DNA of 64,000 nucleotides, from assembly GCA_963813715.1 (NCBI GenBank), contig CAWFAK010000005.1:800001-864000 (forward strand). The letters run 5' to 3'. This DNA comes from an uncultured Planctomycetaceae bacterium. Lineage in GTDB: Bacteria; Planctomycetota; Planctomycetia; Planctomycetales; Planctomycetaceae. Below the pieces are notes generated by a model. That model saw only the letters and a list, made by a program, of their open reading frames with translations, had not been told where the DNA came from and did not search any database. Shown here one piece after another: positions 1 to 9,736 of this stretch. The first letter of the stretch is position 1. Every line of letters begins with the position of its first letter. A program made the position numbers and the translations under genes.

Positions 1-963
1 GTGTGATATTCGGCGAAGTAACCCGGGTGAAAGCAGCGCGAAAGCGACGCGAACGGGATCTCGATACCAGGTGCCTCCCAGACCGTTTCGTCGTTCCCGA
101 CGATCGTGCGAAAGTCGCCCGTCTTCAGCTGGGGATCGTTTTCGCGGAGCACGTGCGTCGCCACGCGATCGATCAGCGCAGTGCCAGTGAAGCTCCGTTG
201 CAAAACGAGCGGCGCGTCGAGCCCGACCATCTCGACGAAGAGGCCCTGCTTCAGCCGCTCGCGCTCAGCCTGGGGCATCTGCGCCAGGTAGAAGACCGTG
301 CCGAAGTGTTCCGGGCCCGAGCACGGCCCGATAGCTGAATCGCCGCGGCCGCTCTTTCAGCCAGCGAAACAGTTCGAGAATCACGGCTACGCCGGACAGG
401 TCGTCGTTGAACTGGCACGGATGACAGGTGTGTGCATTGAAGACGATAGTTTCCTGGGACTCACCCGCGAGGTGGGCTTCGCCGACGATCATCGTTCCCG
501 GCCGGTTGGTCGTCGCCAGCTCGACCTCGTAGTCGCCCGGCCCCCATTCCTGCCAGACGCGATGCGGCACGCAGAAGCCCCAAGTGCGGTTCCACGGCCG
601 ATACGTGTTGAGAAAGTGGAACGCGTAGGCGTCGGGCACGGTCGGCCGCGTGAAAATGTGCTTGTCGAGCTCGGTCTTGGAGAATGTGCCTTGCATCGAA
701 GGCGAGTTCTGCACGACGGCCAACGGGTGCACGGTGCCGTCAAACAGGGTGCGGCCGTCGCGGCGAATCAGGGCTGTTTCGACCGTCCAATCGTCGGGAA
801 TGATCCAGCCATTGTGCTCCTGGCCGCTGGCGAATGTTTTGAGCTCGAGCGGAAAGATCGTGGACAACAGCTCGAACTCGCGGCGATTGTCCGCCTGCGC
901 GATGCCGATTCGCAGCTTCAAAATCTCACGAAAGACATCGAGATCGAACAAGGAATTCCCCAC
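1..963 (-). CDS. DUF4910 family aminopeptidase-like protein (frameshift near 315; runs off window start)
   Basis: ORF 265..963 has 'W.IP..W', 'WGFCVP', 'AHTCHPCQFNDDLSGVAV', 'RFSYR'; removing one base near 315 continues as 'GPEHFGTVFYLAQ...' to the window edge. Confidence 0.8.
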
Positions 964-969
964 GGCGTC

Positions 970-1845
970 TCAAGCCGAATATGCCTCACCGCGGCGTGGT
1001 CCGGTTGGCCCGTCCGTCGGAATTTGGCCGGGCACGAATTGAGGCCGCGCCGCCAACAGATAATAAGGATCTTTCGCCAGCACGCGTTCTAAGTGCGACT
1101 GCACGGCCCGGCATTTGACCGCGTAGGCCTGAAACGGCGGCTGACGCAACGACTTCAAGACGCCGGACGCGGCCAGGTCTTCGGTCAACCGCCGAAAGTT
1201 GTAGACAATGTTGAAATCGAGGTAGCGCACGCTGGTGATCACCGGCAAATCGATCGAATTCCCGTCCACGACAACGGGCGTGTTGTACGCCTTGTGATAC
1301 AAGTGGGGCACGCCGACCATTTGCTCGACGTGATGCACGAAGGTCATGGTTCGCAAATCGACGCCCCAAAAGAGCATCGTACCGTCGAGCGCAACCAGGC
1401 GATCCCAAGGCGTGTTCGGGCCAAACCCGCAAGCGGAGACGTGCTCGCAAATCCAGCCCGCCTTGGCTCCCTTGGCGAGGAACCCGACGAGCGGATTAAG
1501 GCTGCGGCACGCCGTTCCTTGATCGAAAACGTAACGGTTGTAGGCCCCATACTGCGGATCGGGGGGCGAATGCTGCAGGTCGAACGGCTGGCCAAAACGC
1601 GCATAGTCGGAGTAAGCCCCCAGGACGCAAATCGTCCCAGCGTCTCCCACCGCTGTGGCCAGAGCCGAATCGAACGCCCAGAGCAGAAAGTTGCGGGGAT
1701 CGCTTTGGCCAGCGACCTCATTTGCGTCGGCCAATCGAACCAGGTCGCGGAGATCGGAATGCAGGAGAAGCGTGTCACCGACCCGAATGCCGAGCGCGGC
1801 AAGAATGGAGCCAAACCGATTGAACGTTTCCGGATTCTTCGACAA
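970..1845 (-). CDS. AAC(3)-family (Antibiotic_NAT) N-acyltransferase
   Basis: 'GDTLLLHSDL', 'RSLNP', 'GFGPNTPW', 'MTFVHHVEQ' match the AAC(3)/YokD/FrbF pattern. Confidence 0.8.
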   Translation of the reverse strand: MSKNPETFNRFGSILAALGIRVGDTLLLHSDLRDLVRLADANEVAGQSDPRNFLLWAFDSALATAVGDAGTICVLGAYSDYARFGQPFDLQHSPPDPQYGAYNRYVFDQGTACRSLNPLVGFLAKGAKAGWICEHVSACGFGPNTPWDRLVALDGTMLFWGVDLRTMTFVHHVEQMVGVPHLYHKAYNTPVVVDGNSIDLPVITSVRYLDFNIVYNFRRLTEDLAASGVLKSLRQPPFQAYAVKCRAVQSHLERVLAKDPYYLLAARPQFVPGQIPTDGPTGPRRGEAYSA

Positions 1846-1882
1846 CTAACACCGTTTCGCTCGGTTGATGAGCGGCGCACTG

Positions 1883-2143
1883 TCAGGAAGACAACCCGGT
1901 CGCAGACTGGTAAAGACGGACGAATTCCCCGAAAGTCCGAGGGTAGGCGGCTGGGTCGTCGAGGCGGCTGAAGGGATCGACCTGCAGTTCCTGTTGCAGC
2001 CGTCCAATCACGATGGCGCAGTCGAGCGAGTCGAGCCCGCTTTCCAGAAGGACCGTGTCGTCGCGAAACTCGGCGACCAGTTCCTTATGATACTGCTTGC
2101 CGACCGACCGCATGACGGTTTCAATTTTGTCCCGCAGGTCCAT
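1883..2143 (-). CDS. acyl carrier protein
   Basis: 86 aa acidic protein with phosphopantetheine site 'LLESGLDSLD' and C-terminal 'PRTFGEF'. Confidence 0.8.
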   Translation of the reverse strand: MDLRDKIETVMRSVGKQYHKELVAEFRDDTVLLESGLDSLDCAIVIGRLQQELQVDPFSRLDDPAAYPRTFGEFVRLYQSATGLSS

Positions 2144-2285
2144 ATCGCCCCTGATCCCCGGAAAAATGCTGTTCCTTTGATGTTATGACGAGATCGGGGG
2201 CTTGCCAACGGCGTAAGATTGCCGTCAGACGCCGCCCCGCGATCTCAGGCGGGTGCCGGGCCTGCGATTCAATGCGGAGCAACCG

Positions 2286-3647
2286 ATGACTGACCACTCC
2301 CCAGCTGTCAGCAAGTCCAAAATGATCGAGCGCGACCGCTCGCACTTGATCCATTCGCTGCATAACTCCCTGCAGCAGGCCGGAGGCCACGTCTGGGTGA
2401 AGGGGCACGGGGCCACCCTCACCGACGCCGACGGCAAAGAGTTCATCGACGGGCTTTCCGGGCTCTGGAACGTCCTGGCCGGGCACGGACAGCGCGATCT
2501 GGTGACGGCGGCCGCGCGGCAGATGGAAACGCTGCCTTACTGCTCGGGTTATGCGGGCAGCTCCAACCCCCGCGCAATCGAGCTGGCCGAGCGGATTGCC
2601 GCCCTGACCTATCCGTCGATCAATCACTTCTTCTTTACGTCGGGGGGAGGCGAATCGAGCGAGACCGCCTTTAAGCTCGCGCGCTACTATTGGAGGCTCA
2701 AAGGCCAGCCGGAAAAGACGAAGGTGATTTCGCGGCAATGGGGCTACCACGGCGTGACCCTGGCCGCGATGAGCGCGACGGGCATCGCCAGCTATTGGCC
2801 CATGTTCGAGCCGCGCGTTCCCGGGTTCGTCCAGATTCCCTCACCCTACCCTTACCGCTATCAGGCGCCGGCCGGAGTGAGTCCGGGGATTGCGGCCGCC
2901 AACGAGCTGGAACGGGCCATCCTTCGCGAGGGAGCCGAGACGGTGGCGATGTTCCTGGCGGAGCCCGTGCAGGGGGCGGGCGGCGTGATCGTGCCGCAAG
3001 ACGACTACTTCCGCCGCATCCGCGAGATTTGCGACAAGCATTCGGTCCTCTTCGTTGCCGACGAAGTCATCACCGGCTTCGGCCGCACGGGCAAGATGTT
3101 CGGACTGGAACACTGGGGCGTCGAGCCGGACGCGATTTGCTTTGCCAAGGCGATCACCAGCGGCTACTTCCCGCTGGGAGGCGTCGGCATCAACGACCGC
3201 ATTGCCGAGGTGTTCGAAGTGGCCGACAAGGTCTGGATGCACGCCTTTACGTATAGCGCCCATCCCGTCGGCTGTGCGGTGGCGCTCGCCATGCTCGATC
3301 TGATCAAGCGTGAGGATCTGGTGGGCCAATCGCGCGACAAGGGCAAGCTCTTGCTCACGGGGCTGAAGCAGGCCCTGGCTGGTCACCCCCATGTGGGCGA
3401 CGTACGCGGGCTGGGCCTCATGTGCGGCATCGAGTACGTGAAGAACAAGGCAACGAAGGAGGAGTTTCCGCCGGAAGACAAGATCGGCCCGAAGGTGCAC
3501 GCGGCCGCGCAGGAGCGAGGACTCTTCAGCCGCCTCCGCGGCGACGTCTATTGCCTGGCGCCCCCCGCCGTCACCACGCCAGCCGAGATCGAGCGGATCG
3601 TCTCGATCACCAAGGAGGCAACCGAGGCTGTGCTCGGCCGCGGTTAA
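2286..3647 (+). CDS. class III PLP-dependent aminotransferase (omega-amino acid/putrescine type)
   Basis: 'DGLSGLWNV..GHG', 'FTSGGGES', 'GYHG', 'AEPVQGAGG', 'DEVITGFGRTG', 'AKAITSGY'. Confidence 0.93.
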   Translation: MTDHSPAVSKSKMIERDRSHLIHSLHNSLQQAGGHVWVKGHGATLTDADGKEFIDGLSGLWNVLAGHGQRDLVTAAARQMETLPYCSGYAGSSNPRAIELAERIAALTYPSINHFFFTSGGGESSETAFKLARYYWRLKGQPEKTKVISRQWGYHGVTLAAMSATGIASYWPMFEPRVPGFVQIPSPYPYRYQAPAGVSPGIAAANELERAILREGAETVAMFLAEPVQGAGGVIVPQDDYFRRIREICDKHSVLFVADEVITGFGRTGKMFGLEHWGVEPDAICFAKAITSGYFPLGGVGINDRIAEVFEVADKVWMHAFTYSAHPVGCAVALAMLDLIKREDLVGQSRDKGKLLLTGLKQALAGHPHVGDVRGLGLMCGIEYVKNKATKEEFPPEDKIGPKVHAAAQERGLFSRLRGDVYCLAPPAVTTPAEIERIVSITKEATEAVLGRG

Positions 3648-3654
3648 CGATTGG

Positions 3655-4554
3655 CTACACGGCGGGCAGCAGGAAGTTCACGCCCCAAATCACGACGGCC
3701 ATCACCAGGCAGTAGATGCCGAAGTATCTCCAGCGGCCCCGCTCCAGGACGGCCGACAAGAAGCGCAGTGCGAAGTACCCGGCCGCAAAACTGAAGATCA
3801 TTCCGAACAGGCCGGGGACCAGCACTTCCGTCACCAGGCTCCGCGAGAGATCGTGCGCTTTGAAGAGCTTGTAGAGGCTGTAGACCTGCGCTGGCGGAGT
3901 CAGGACGACGGCCAAAGCGAAGCTGAAATCTTCGGCGAGCCAGCGCGACACGCCGCAGAGCAGGCCGGTCGAGATGGTCGCCCCGCTGCGCGAGAATCCG
4001 CGGAACGGCACGCAGAACCCCTGGACCAAGCCGATCCAGATCGCCGACCGGTTGGTGAGAGGTTCGCCCCGATTGGTCGACTCTCGGCCGCCAGCGGCCA
4101 GGATCAAGACGCCCACGGCGGCCAGCCCCGTCCCGACGATGGTGAGGTTCTTGAAGAGCTCTTCCATCTCGCCCTTGGGATGCTTGAGCAAGCCGACGAG
4201 GATTACCTTCTCGATCAGCACCATCAGGGCGACCGCCACCACGCCGGTGACGGCCGTCGCCACGACGATCATCCTGAGAAATTCGCGCGGCGACTCGGAG
4301 GCGCCGGTACTCCCGCTTTTGGGTTGCCACAGCCGCCGCCAGCGGGGCCAGAAATAAACCAGCACAGCGAACATCGTTCCCGTGTGGAGCATCACGAGCA
4401 GGAAGACCTGCTCGGGCCGCGACGGGTCCATCCCCATCAGCCGCTGCGCCAGAATGACATGGGCCGAGCTGGAGACAGGCAGCAATTCGGCCGCCCCTTG
4501 GATCAATGCCAACAGGGCGATCTGCAGATAGTGAAGGAGTGCCATCAGCGCCAA
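3655..4554 (-). CDS. uppP: undecaprenyl-diphosphate phosphatase (BacA)
   Basis: 'QGAAELLPVSSSAH', 'LHTGT', 'GFSRSGATI'; multi-TM; start may be ATG at 4545. Confidence 0.92.
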   Translation of the reverse strand: MALMALLHYLQIALLALIQGAAELLPVSSSAHVILAQRLMGMDPSRPEQVFLLVMLHTGTMFAVLVYFWPRWRRLWQPKSGSTGASESPREFLRMIVVATAVTGVVAVALMVLIEKVILVGLLKHPKGEMEELFKNLTIVGTGLAAVGVLILAAGGRESTNRGEPLTNRSAIWIGLVQGFCVPFRGFSRSGATISTGLLCGVSRWLAEDFSFALAVVLTPPAQVYSLYKLFKAHDLSRSLVTEVLVPGLFGMIFSFAAGYFALRFLSAVLERGRWRYFGIYCLVMAVVIWGVNFLLPAV

Positions 4555-4702
4555 TCTGGGTTGTAGGTTTCGTGGCAGATTGCCCGGCGAATGTAGCCGG
4601 GCCGAACGATAGTGGTTGGCGGTCGCACCGCTCCGAGCGCTGGGCGGAGGGACAGGACGCGATCGTCACGTCGATGAGTTCAAAGCACGCGCGGCCCGTT
4701 TC

Positions 4703-6831
4703 TCAGATGCGGTCGAGCGAATCGATCCAGCGCGCCACCTCGTCGACTTCGTCGACGTCGAGATAGTCGTGCTCGTGGTCTGACGACTTCTGGACGGTGA
4801 CGGCGTACTTCAATTCGTGCAGCACCTCGATGCGACGCTGCAGCTGGTCCTCCGCGCGGTCTCCGCGGTTCACCGAGAAAAAGAAGTGAAAGGGATAGCT
4901 GGGGTCGGCCTCCGGCGGCGGAACCTGCAGCATGCTCGAGGCGAGTGCCAGCCCGCGGACTCGCTCCCGATTCTCGAAGGCCATAAACGCCGCGAACCCC
5001 CCGCCGCGACCGTAACTATGCACGACCAGCCGATTCGCATCGATGCGATAGTCCTTCACGAATTGCTCGACGACGCGCCAGGCTCCGACCAGGTCGTTGG
5101 CGGTGAAGTCGCCTCCTTCGCCCGGCAACGGGGCGACGACGATCAGCCGCCGCTCCGCGCACGCCTTGCGCCACCTATTGAACACCGCGGCCTCCATCGA
5201 GTCGCGGCCGGGACCGATCCAGACCACCAGCCCCCAACCGTCCTCCGCGGAATACGATTCGGGAACGTAGGCCCAATAGCTTGCCTTGGTTTCGCCGGTG
5301 AGCGTGTCCCGGAAATGGCCCGTCTTTGGGCCTTCCGATTTCTTCGCATCCGCATCGGCGGCGATGTTTTTGGCAGCGGGAGCCTTGTCAGTCGCTGGCT
5401 GGGCGGGCTTGGCGTCCGGTTTGGCAGCAACGTCCTTGCCGGCTGGCGGAGTCGGCGGTTGTTCGGCCTTCTTGACCGGACTGGGAGGCGCGGCCGGCAA
5501 GTCTGCCGGGATCGCTTCGATGTCGGCCGTGAGCGTCGCGCGCACGGTTTTGTCCGCGTGATCCGAGCCGTGCACCACGCTCAGTGCGATCGCCATTCCC
5601 GGGCGCGCCCGTCGGACGAGTGTGGCGAGTTGATCGACCGACGTGATCTCAGTGTCGTTCCATTTGCGAATGCGATCCCCGGCGATAATTCCCGCTTTCT
5701 CCGCGGCCGTGTGCGGAAAGACGTACCGCACGGTCACGCCGCGCTCGCCCGGCACCGTTCGCGACGCTTGGCGCAGGGGCAGAATCCCCAAGAGCGGCGG
5801 CTCATAGGGGACCAGTTTGTCGACCAACACGAGGTCAGCCGCGATCTTCTCCTTGCCTCGCGACACGACGACATGCGCTTTGTCCCCCGCGTAGCGATGG
5901 CCCAGCGCTTGTCGCAGCTCATCGTGACGTCGCAAATGTTGGCCGTCGACTTCGGTGAGGATGTCCCCCGGCTTGAAGCCGGCCTTCTCCGCCGGTGAGT
6001 CGAACCGCACGACGTCGATCGTCGGCTTGTCGTCGACGCCTCCCTCCTTGATGGTGATGCCCAAGAGGCCCGGATACAGATCCTTGCCCTTCTTCAGCCG
6101 CTCGACCGAATTGAGCACGTCCGCGTACGGAATGGCGAAACCAATCCCCGAGTCGTACCATTCGACGCCCGCGGTCTCTTCTTTTCCGGAGGGCGACAGG
6201 GGCACGATGATGCCCAGTGGATCGCCGGCCAGGTCGATCAGCGGGCCGCCATAATTCACCGGCGAGACGTGGGCGTCGGTCTGGATGGCTTTGCCCCATA
6301 CGCGATTGAGCGCACTGACGATGCCGATGGAGACGCTCGGCTCGGGACTGTCGTAGGTGCGGCCGACGGCGATCGCCCACTGCCCGACGCGGACCGTCGG
6401 ATGGCCGTCCGACCGCAGCGGCTTGAGTCCTGATGCGTCGACTTTCAGCAGGGTCAGCATTCGCATGCGGTCGGTAGCGACCAGGCGCGCCGAGTAACGG
6501 GCCTTGTCGAGTTGGACGAGGATCGAGGTGGGCTTGGAGATGAAGTTGAACGCGCTCGACACGATCCAGCCGTCCTCGGAGACGACGACGCCCGTCGTCG
6601 CGGCGGTCGCCGCCAGCATGCCGCCTACCCGGTCGACGCCCCCCACCGTCTGAATGCGAACGAGCGAGGGAGCCAGATGGCGGACGGCCTGGCGAAAGGC
6701 TTCTTCTTCCTGCAGGTCGAGCGGGCACTTGCGCGAGCCGCCAGACCGCGCGGCGCGAAGACCAGCGTCGCCAGCACCAGGGTGGCAGTCGCCAGCCCCT
6801 TAGACAAACGAACATTCAGCGGGGCGTGCAT
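4703..6831 (-). CDS. secreted trypsin-like (S1C) pseudo-protease with two PDZ domains and C-terminal alpha/beta-hydrolase-like domain (frameshift near 6720)
   Basis: Signal-like N-terminus from ATG 6831 (overlaps upstream TAA); ORF 4703..6646 has 'VGQWAIAVG', 'GIVSA', 'AIQTDAHVSPVNYGGPL', two PDZ motifs ('SPAEKAGFKPGD', 'AAEKAGIIAGD'), and 'YVP..Y...LVVW', 'IDANRL'. Confidence 0.85.
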
Positions 6832-7898
6832 TAGCGATCCTGCTTGAGCGGCCGGTCGGGCACGCGCATGTCCAGCGGTAGCAGCTGGTCTTTGCGACGG
6901 ACGACCACGTGGATCAAGTCGCCCGGCTCCAAGCGGCCGAGGATCGCTTTGAGGGCTCGGTTCGACTGCACCAGCTCGTCGTTGACGAAGACGATCAGGT
7001 CTTCCGGACGGATCCCCGCCTTGGACGCCGACGAGCCGGCGACGACCGTGTCGACGTAGGCGGGCGTTCGATAGACCACGTCGGGCACCAGCACGAGGCC
7101 CAGGTCGAGTGCGACAAATCGGGGCGGGCCGTCCAAGGGCTTCGACGGCGGCGGCGTGAAGCGGCCGGCAATGATGTCTTCGATCGGTCCGCGCAGCTGA
7201 CTGATGGGGACCGCGTAGTTCACCCACGTGTTGCTTTCGGAGTTGAGCAGTTCGCGGCCCAGCATGCCGATCAGCCGGCCGTCGAGCGTGGTGAGCGCGC
7301 CGCCGGCCGCGCCGGGGTTATTCGTCACGGAATCGACGACGTAGACAGGCCCCTCGTAGGCCGCCCGATACGCGCCGCGCCGCGCGCTCAGCCGGGTGCG
7401 GACGGAAATCACCCCGTGCAGCACCGACACGGGCTCGTCGCCTGTGGCCACCTTGAACATGTTGCTGTAGGCCAGCACGCGCGTGCCGGGTGCCGCCTCG
7501 GCTGTTTCGTGCAGATCGAAGAAAGGCAGATCGGCGTCGGCCGCGTCGACTTTCAGCACGGCCAGGTCGCGGCTGGGGTCTCCCTTGACGAACTTGGCCG
7601 AGAAACGCCGACCATCATTGAGGACGACGTTGGCTTCGCCGCTGTCGATCAGGTGGCTCCAAACGGTGACGACGTACCCGCTGGAAGAGACGAGAAAGCC
7701 CGAGCCATAGTCCTCGAGCCCGCCCATGCCGCCGGCGCCGAAGATCTTGACCACCTTGGGCAAACTGCGGTCGAGCCCATCATCGGCCGCGGACGACGTG
7801 GGCCCGTCTGCGGCAAAGGCCCGTGGGCCATGGACGCACGCCCAAGCCGCAAACAGCGAGAGGCAGGCGACTGGAACGAAAGAGGTGCGCACGCGCAT
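6831..7898 (-). CDS. secreted trypsin-like (S1C) protein with PDZ domain; catalytic Ser replaced
   Basis: Signal peptide; 'YGSGFLVS', 'RDLAVLKV', 'TNNPGAAGGAL', PDZ 'SSASKAGIRPED'. Confidence 0.87.
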   Translation of the reverse strand: MRVRTSFVPVACLSLFAAWACVHGPRAFAADGPTSSAADDGLDRSLPKVVKIFGAGGMGGLEDYGSGFLVSSSGYVVTVWSHLIDSGEANVVLNDGRRFSAKFVKGDPSRDLAVLKVDAADADLPFFDLHETAEAAPGTRVLAYSNMFKVATGDEPVSVLHGVISVRTRLSARRGAYRAAYEGPVYVVDSVTNNPGAAGGALTTLDGRLIGMLGRELLNSESNTWVNYAVPISQLRGPIEDIIAGRFTPPPSKPLDGPPRFVALDLGLVLVPDVVYRTPAYVDTVVAGSSASKAGIRPEDLIVFVNDELVQSNRALKAILGRLEPGDLIHVVVRRKDQLLPLDMRVPDRPLKQDR

Positions 7899-7902
7899 TC
7901 GC

Positions 7903-9723
7903 TTACTTCCGCTCCTTGGCGTGCAGCACATGGAAGAGCGCGTAGTCGGTGTCGCCGTGCCGCACCAGGATCTGGGACGGGAAGTGGATGCCATCGATGG
8001 CGGCGATATCGCGGATGCGGATCTCGCATGGATCGGTGTCTTCCATCAGCGTGGTATCGAACCCGGCAAGCGCCCCGGTCGCCACATCGAAGTACCAACG
8101 TGTTTCCACGCTGCCGAGCGCCGAAACCAGCACGTCGACCGTCTCTTTGCCGCCGTCCAACGGCTCGGTGCCGAAGTAGACCAGGGCCGAGAAGCCTTTT
8201 TCGCGCTGGGTCAACAGCAGCCGCAGCTGGTTGAGCGCCACGAGCAGTCCGCCGGTGCCGGCGGGTTCGTCCTGGGGTTCCTGCTCGAACTGTTGCAGGT
8301 AGGGCGGCTTGCCTTTGATTTCGAGCGATGCGAAGGCACCGGCCAGCACGCACTCGAACGGCGCACCGGCGCCCGTGCGGCCGGAGAGGATCCAGCTGGA
8401 TCGGCTCGTCGACTCACCCCACGCGTCGAGCCCGTGAAGCACGCGCGTCAGTTCGAGGCGATTGAAGTAATAGTTGGCAAACCCGGTTCGGGGCACGTAG
8501 AGCTTTTTGAGTTCCGGCGGAACTTCGGCGGGCTGCGGCAGCTGCAACGCGCGGAGCGGGTTGCGACCGCGATCCCGCGGTGTCCGCTCCTTGGGACCAC
8601 CAGGCTTCGGCGATCGCTCGGGCTTTTGCTCGGGCGGCTTTTCCTGCGGTCGTTGCGCCGGTTTCTCGGGCGACACCATCATCTCGGCCAGCTCGCGCTT
8701 GCCGTGCAGCGGACGCAGCCGCACGCGGATGTCGTGCTTTTCGCCGTCGCGGCGGTAAGTCAGCGGCACCTTCCAGTCTTCGGGAAAGATGCCGAGGATA
8801 TTTTTGAACTGGTTAACGCTGCGAATAGGTCGTCCCGCGAAGGAGACGAGCTCATCGTCGACCCGCAGGCCGCGGCGATAGGCATCGGACTCTTCTTGAA
8901 TCTGGGAGACGACGATCGCCCGTTGCGAATCGGTCGAGACGATGGCGCCGAGCGTCGCATGGTCCACGATGCGTCCAGAATGCAGGGACCCGAGGAAGTT
9001 GCGAATCTGGTTGATCGAAATCGAGTAGCCGGCCCCCGCGTTCACGCGTCCGCGCTGCGCGATAGAAATGCGGCCGTTAATGCCGATCAACTCTCCCGCC
9101 TTGTTGAATAGCGGGCCCCCCGAATTGCCCGGGTTGACCGACGCGTCGACCTGCAGGCAATCGGTGTATTCGAGGATCGTGTTGGCCGGGTATTGATAGC
9201 GGTGCACGCCGCTGACGATGCCGTAGGTGGTCGTCGGCTGAAAGTCGGAGGCCAACAGGAACGGATTGCCGAGCACGTAGACCCAGTCGCCGACGCGGAC
9301 GGCGTCGCTGTCGCCCCAGGTGGCGGTGGGAAAGTCGTCGCGTCCCTGCAGCTTGATCAGGGCCACGTCGCCGGTCGGGTCGACGCCCACGAGCACGGCG
9401 TCGTAGAGGTTGCCGTCATTGAGGCCGCACTTGAAGAACTGGTCTTCGCCCACAACGTGAAAGTTGGTGAGGGCGTAGCCGTCGTGCGTGATCAAAACGC
9501 CCGAGCCGCCCCCGGGCGTCGACCGCTGATAGACGGCAAGCACGGCCGGCGCGATCCGCGCGACGGTCGCCACGCGCATCGCTTCGGCCTCGCGGACGGT
9601 CGCGGGCACGTCGGCTGCGCGGACGGCGGCCTCAGGCACAGTGATCCCAGGGGCGGCGAATGCTCCCAGGACCACCAGACCGGGGACGATTCCCCGCACA
9701 ACGTGCACACAGACCCGCAGCAT
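7903..9723 (-). CDS. HtrA-like serine protease (S1C) with PDZ and additional C-terminal domain
   Basis: Intact triad motifs 'ALTNFHVV', 'GDVALIKL', 'VNPGNSGGPL'; signal peptide; PDZ-like 'AYRRGLRVDDE'. Confidence 0.9.
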   Translation of the reverse strand: MLRVCVHVVRGIVPGLVVLGAFAAPGITVPEAAVRAADVPATVREAEAMRVATVARIAPAVLAVYQRSTPGGGSGVLITHDGYALTNFHVVGEDQFFKCGLNDGNLYDAVLVGVDPTGDVALIKLQGRDDFPTATWGDSDAVRVGDWVYVLGNPFLLASDFQPTTTYGIVSGVHRYQYPANTILEYTDCLQVDASVNPGNSGGPLFNKAGELIGINGRISIAQRGRVNAGAGYSISINQIRNFLGSLHSGRIVDHATLGAIVSTDSQRAIVVSQIQEESDAYRRGLRVDDELVSFAGRPIRSVNQFKNILGIFPEDWKVPLTYRRDGEKHDIRVRLRPLHGKRELAEMMVSPEKPAQRPQEKPPEQKPERSPKPGGPKERTPRDRGRNPLRALQLPQPAEVPPELKKLYVPRTGFANYYFNRLELTRVLHGLDAWGESTSRSSWILSGRTGAGAPFECVLAGAFASLEIKGKPPYLQQFEQEPQDEPAGTGGLLVALNQLRLLLTQREKGFSALVYFGTEPLDGGKETVDVLVSALGSVETRWYFDVATGALAGFDTTLMEDTDPCEIRIRDIAAIDGIHFPSQILVRHGDTDYALFHVLHAKERK

Positions 9724-9736
9724 GATTCCGTTCCGC

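Noticed and set aside
970..1845. Aminoglycoside resistance gene
   Set aside because: Family match only; ACP and DUF4910 neighbours suggest biosynthesis and there is no mobile context
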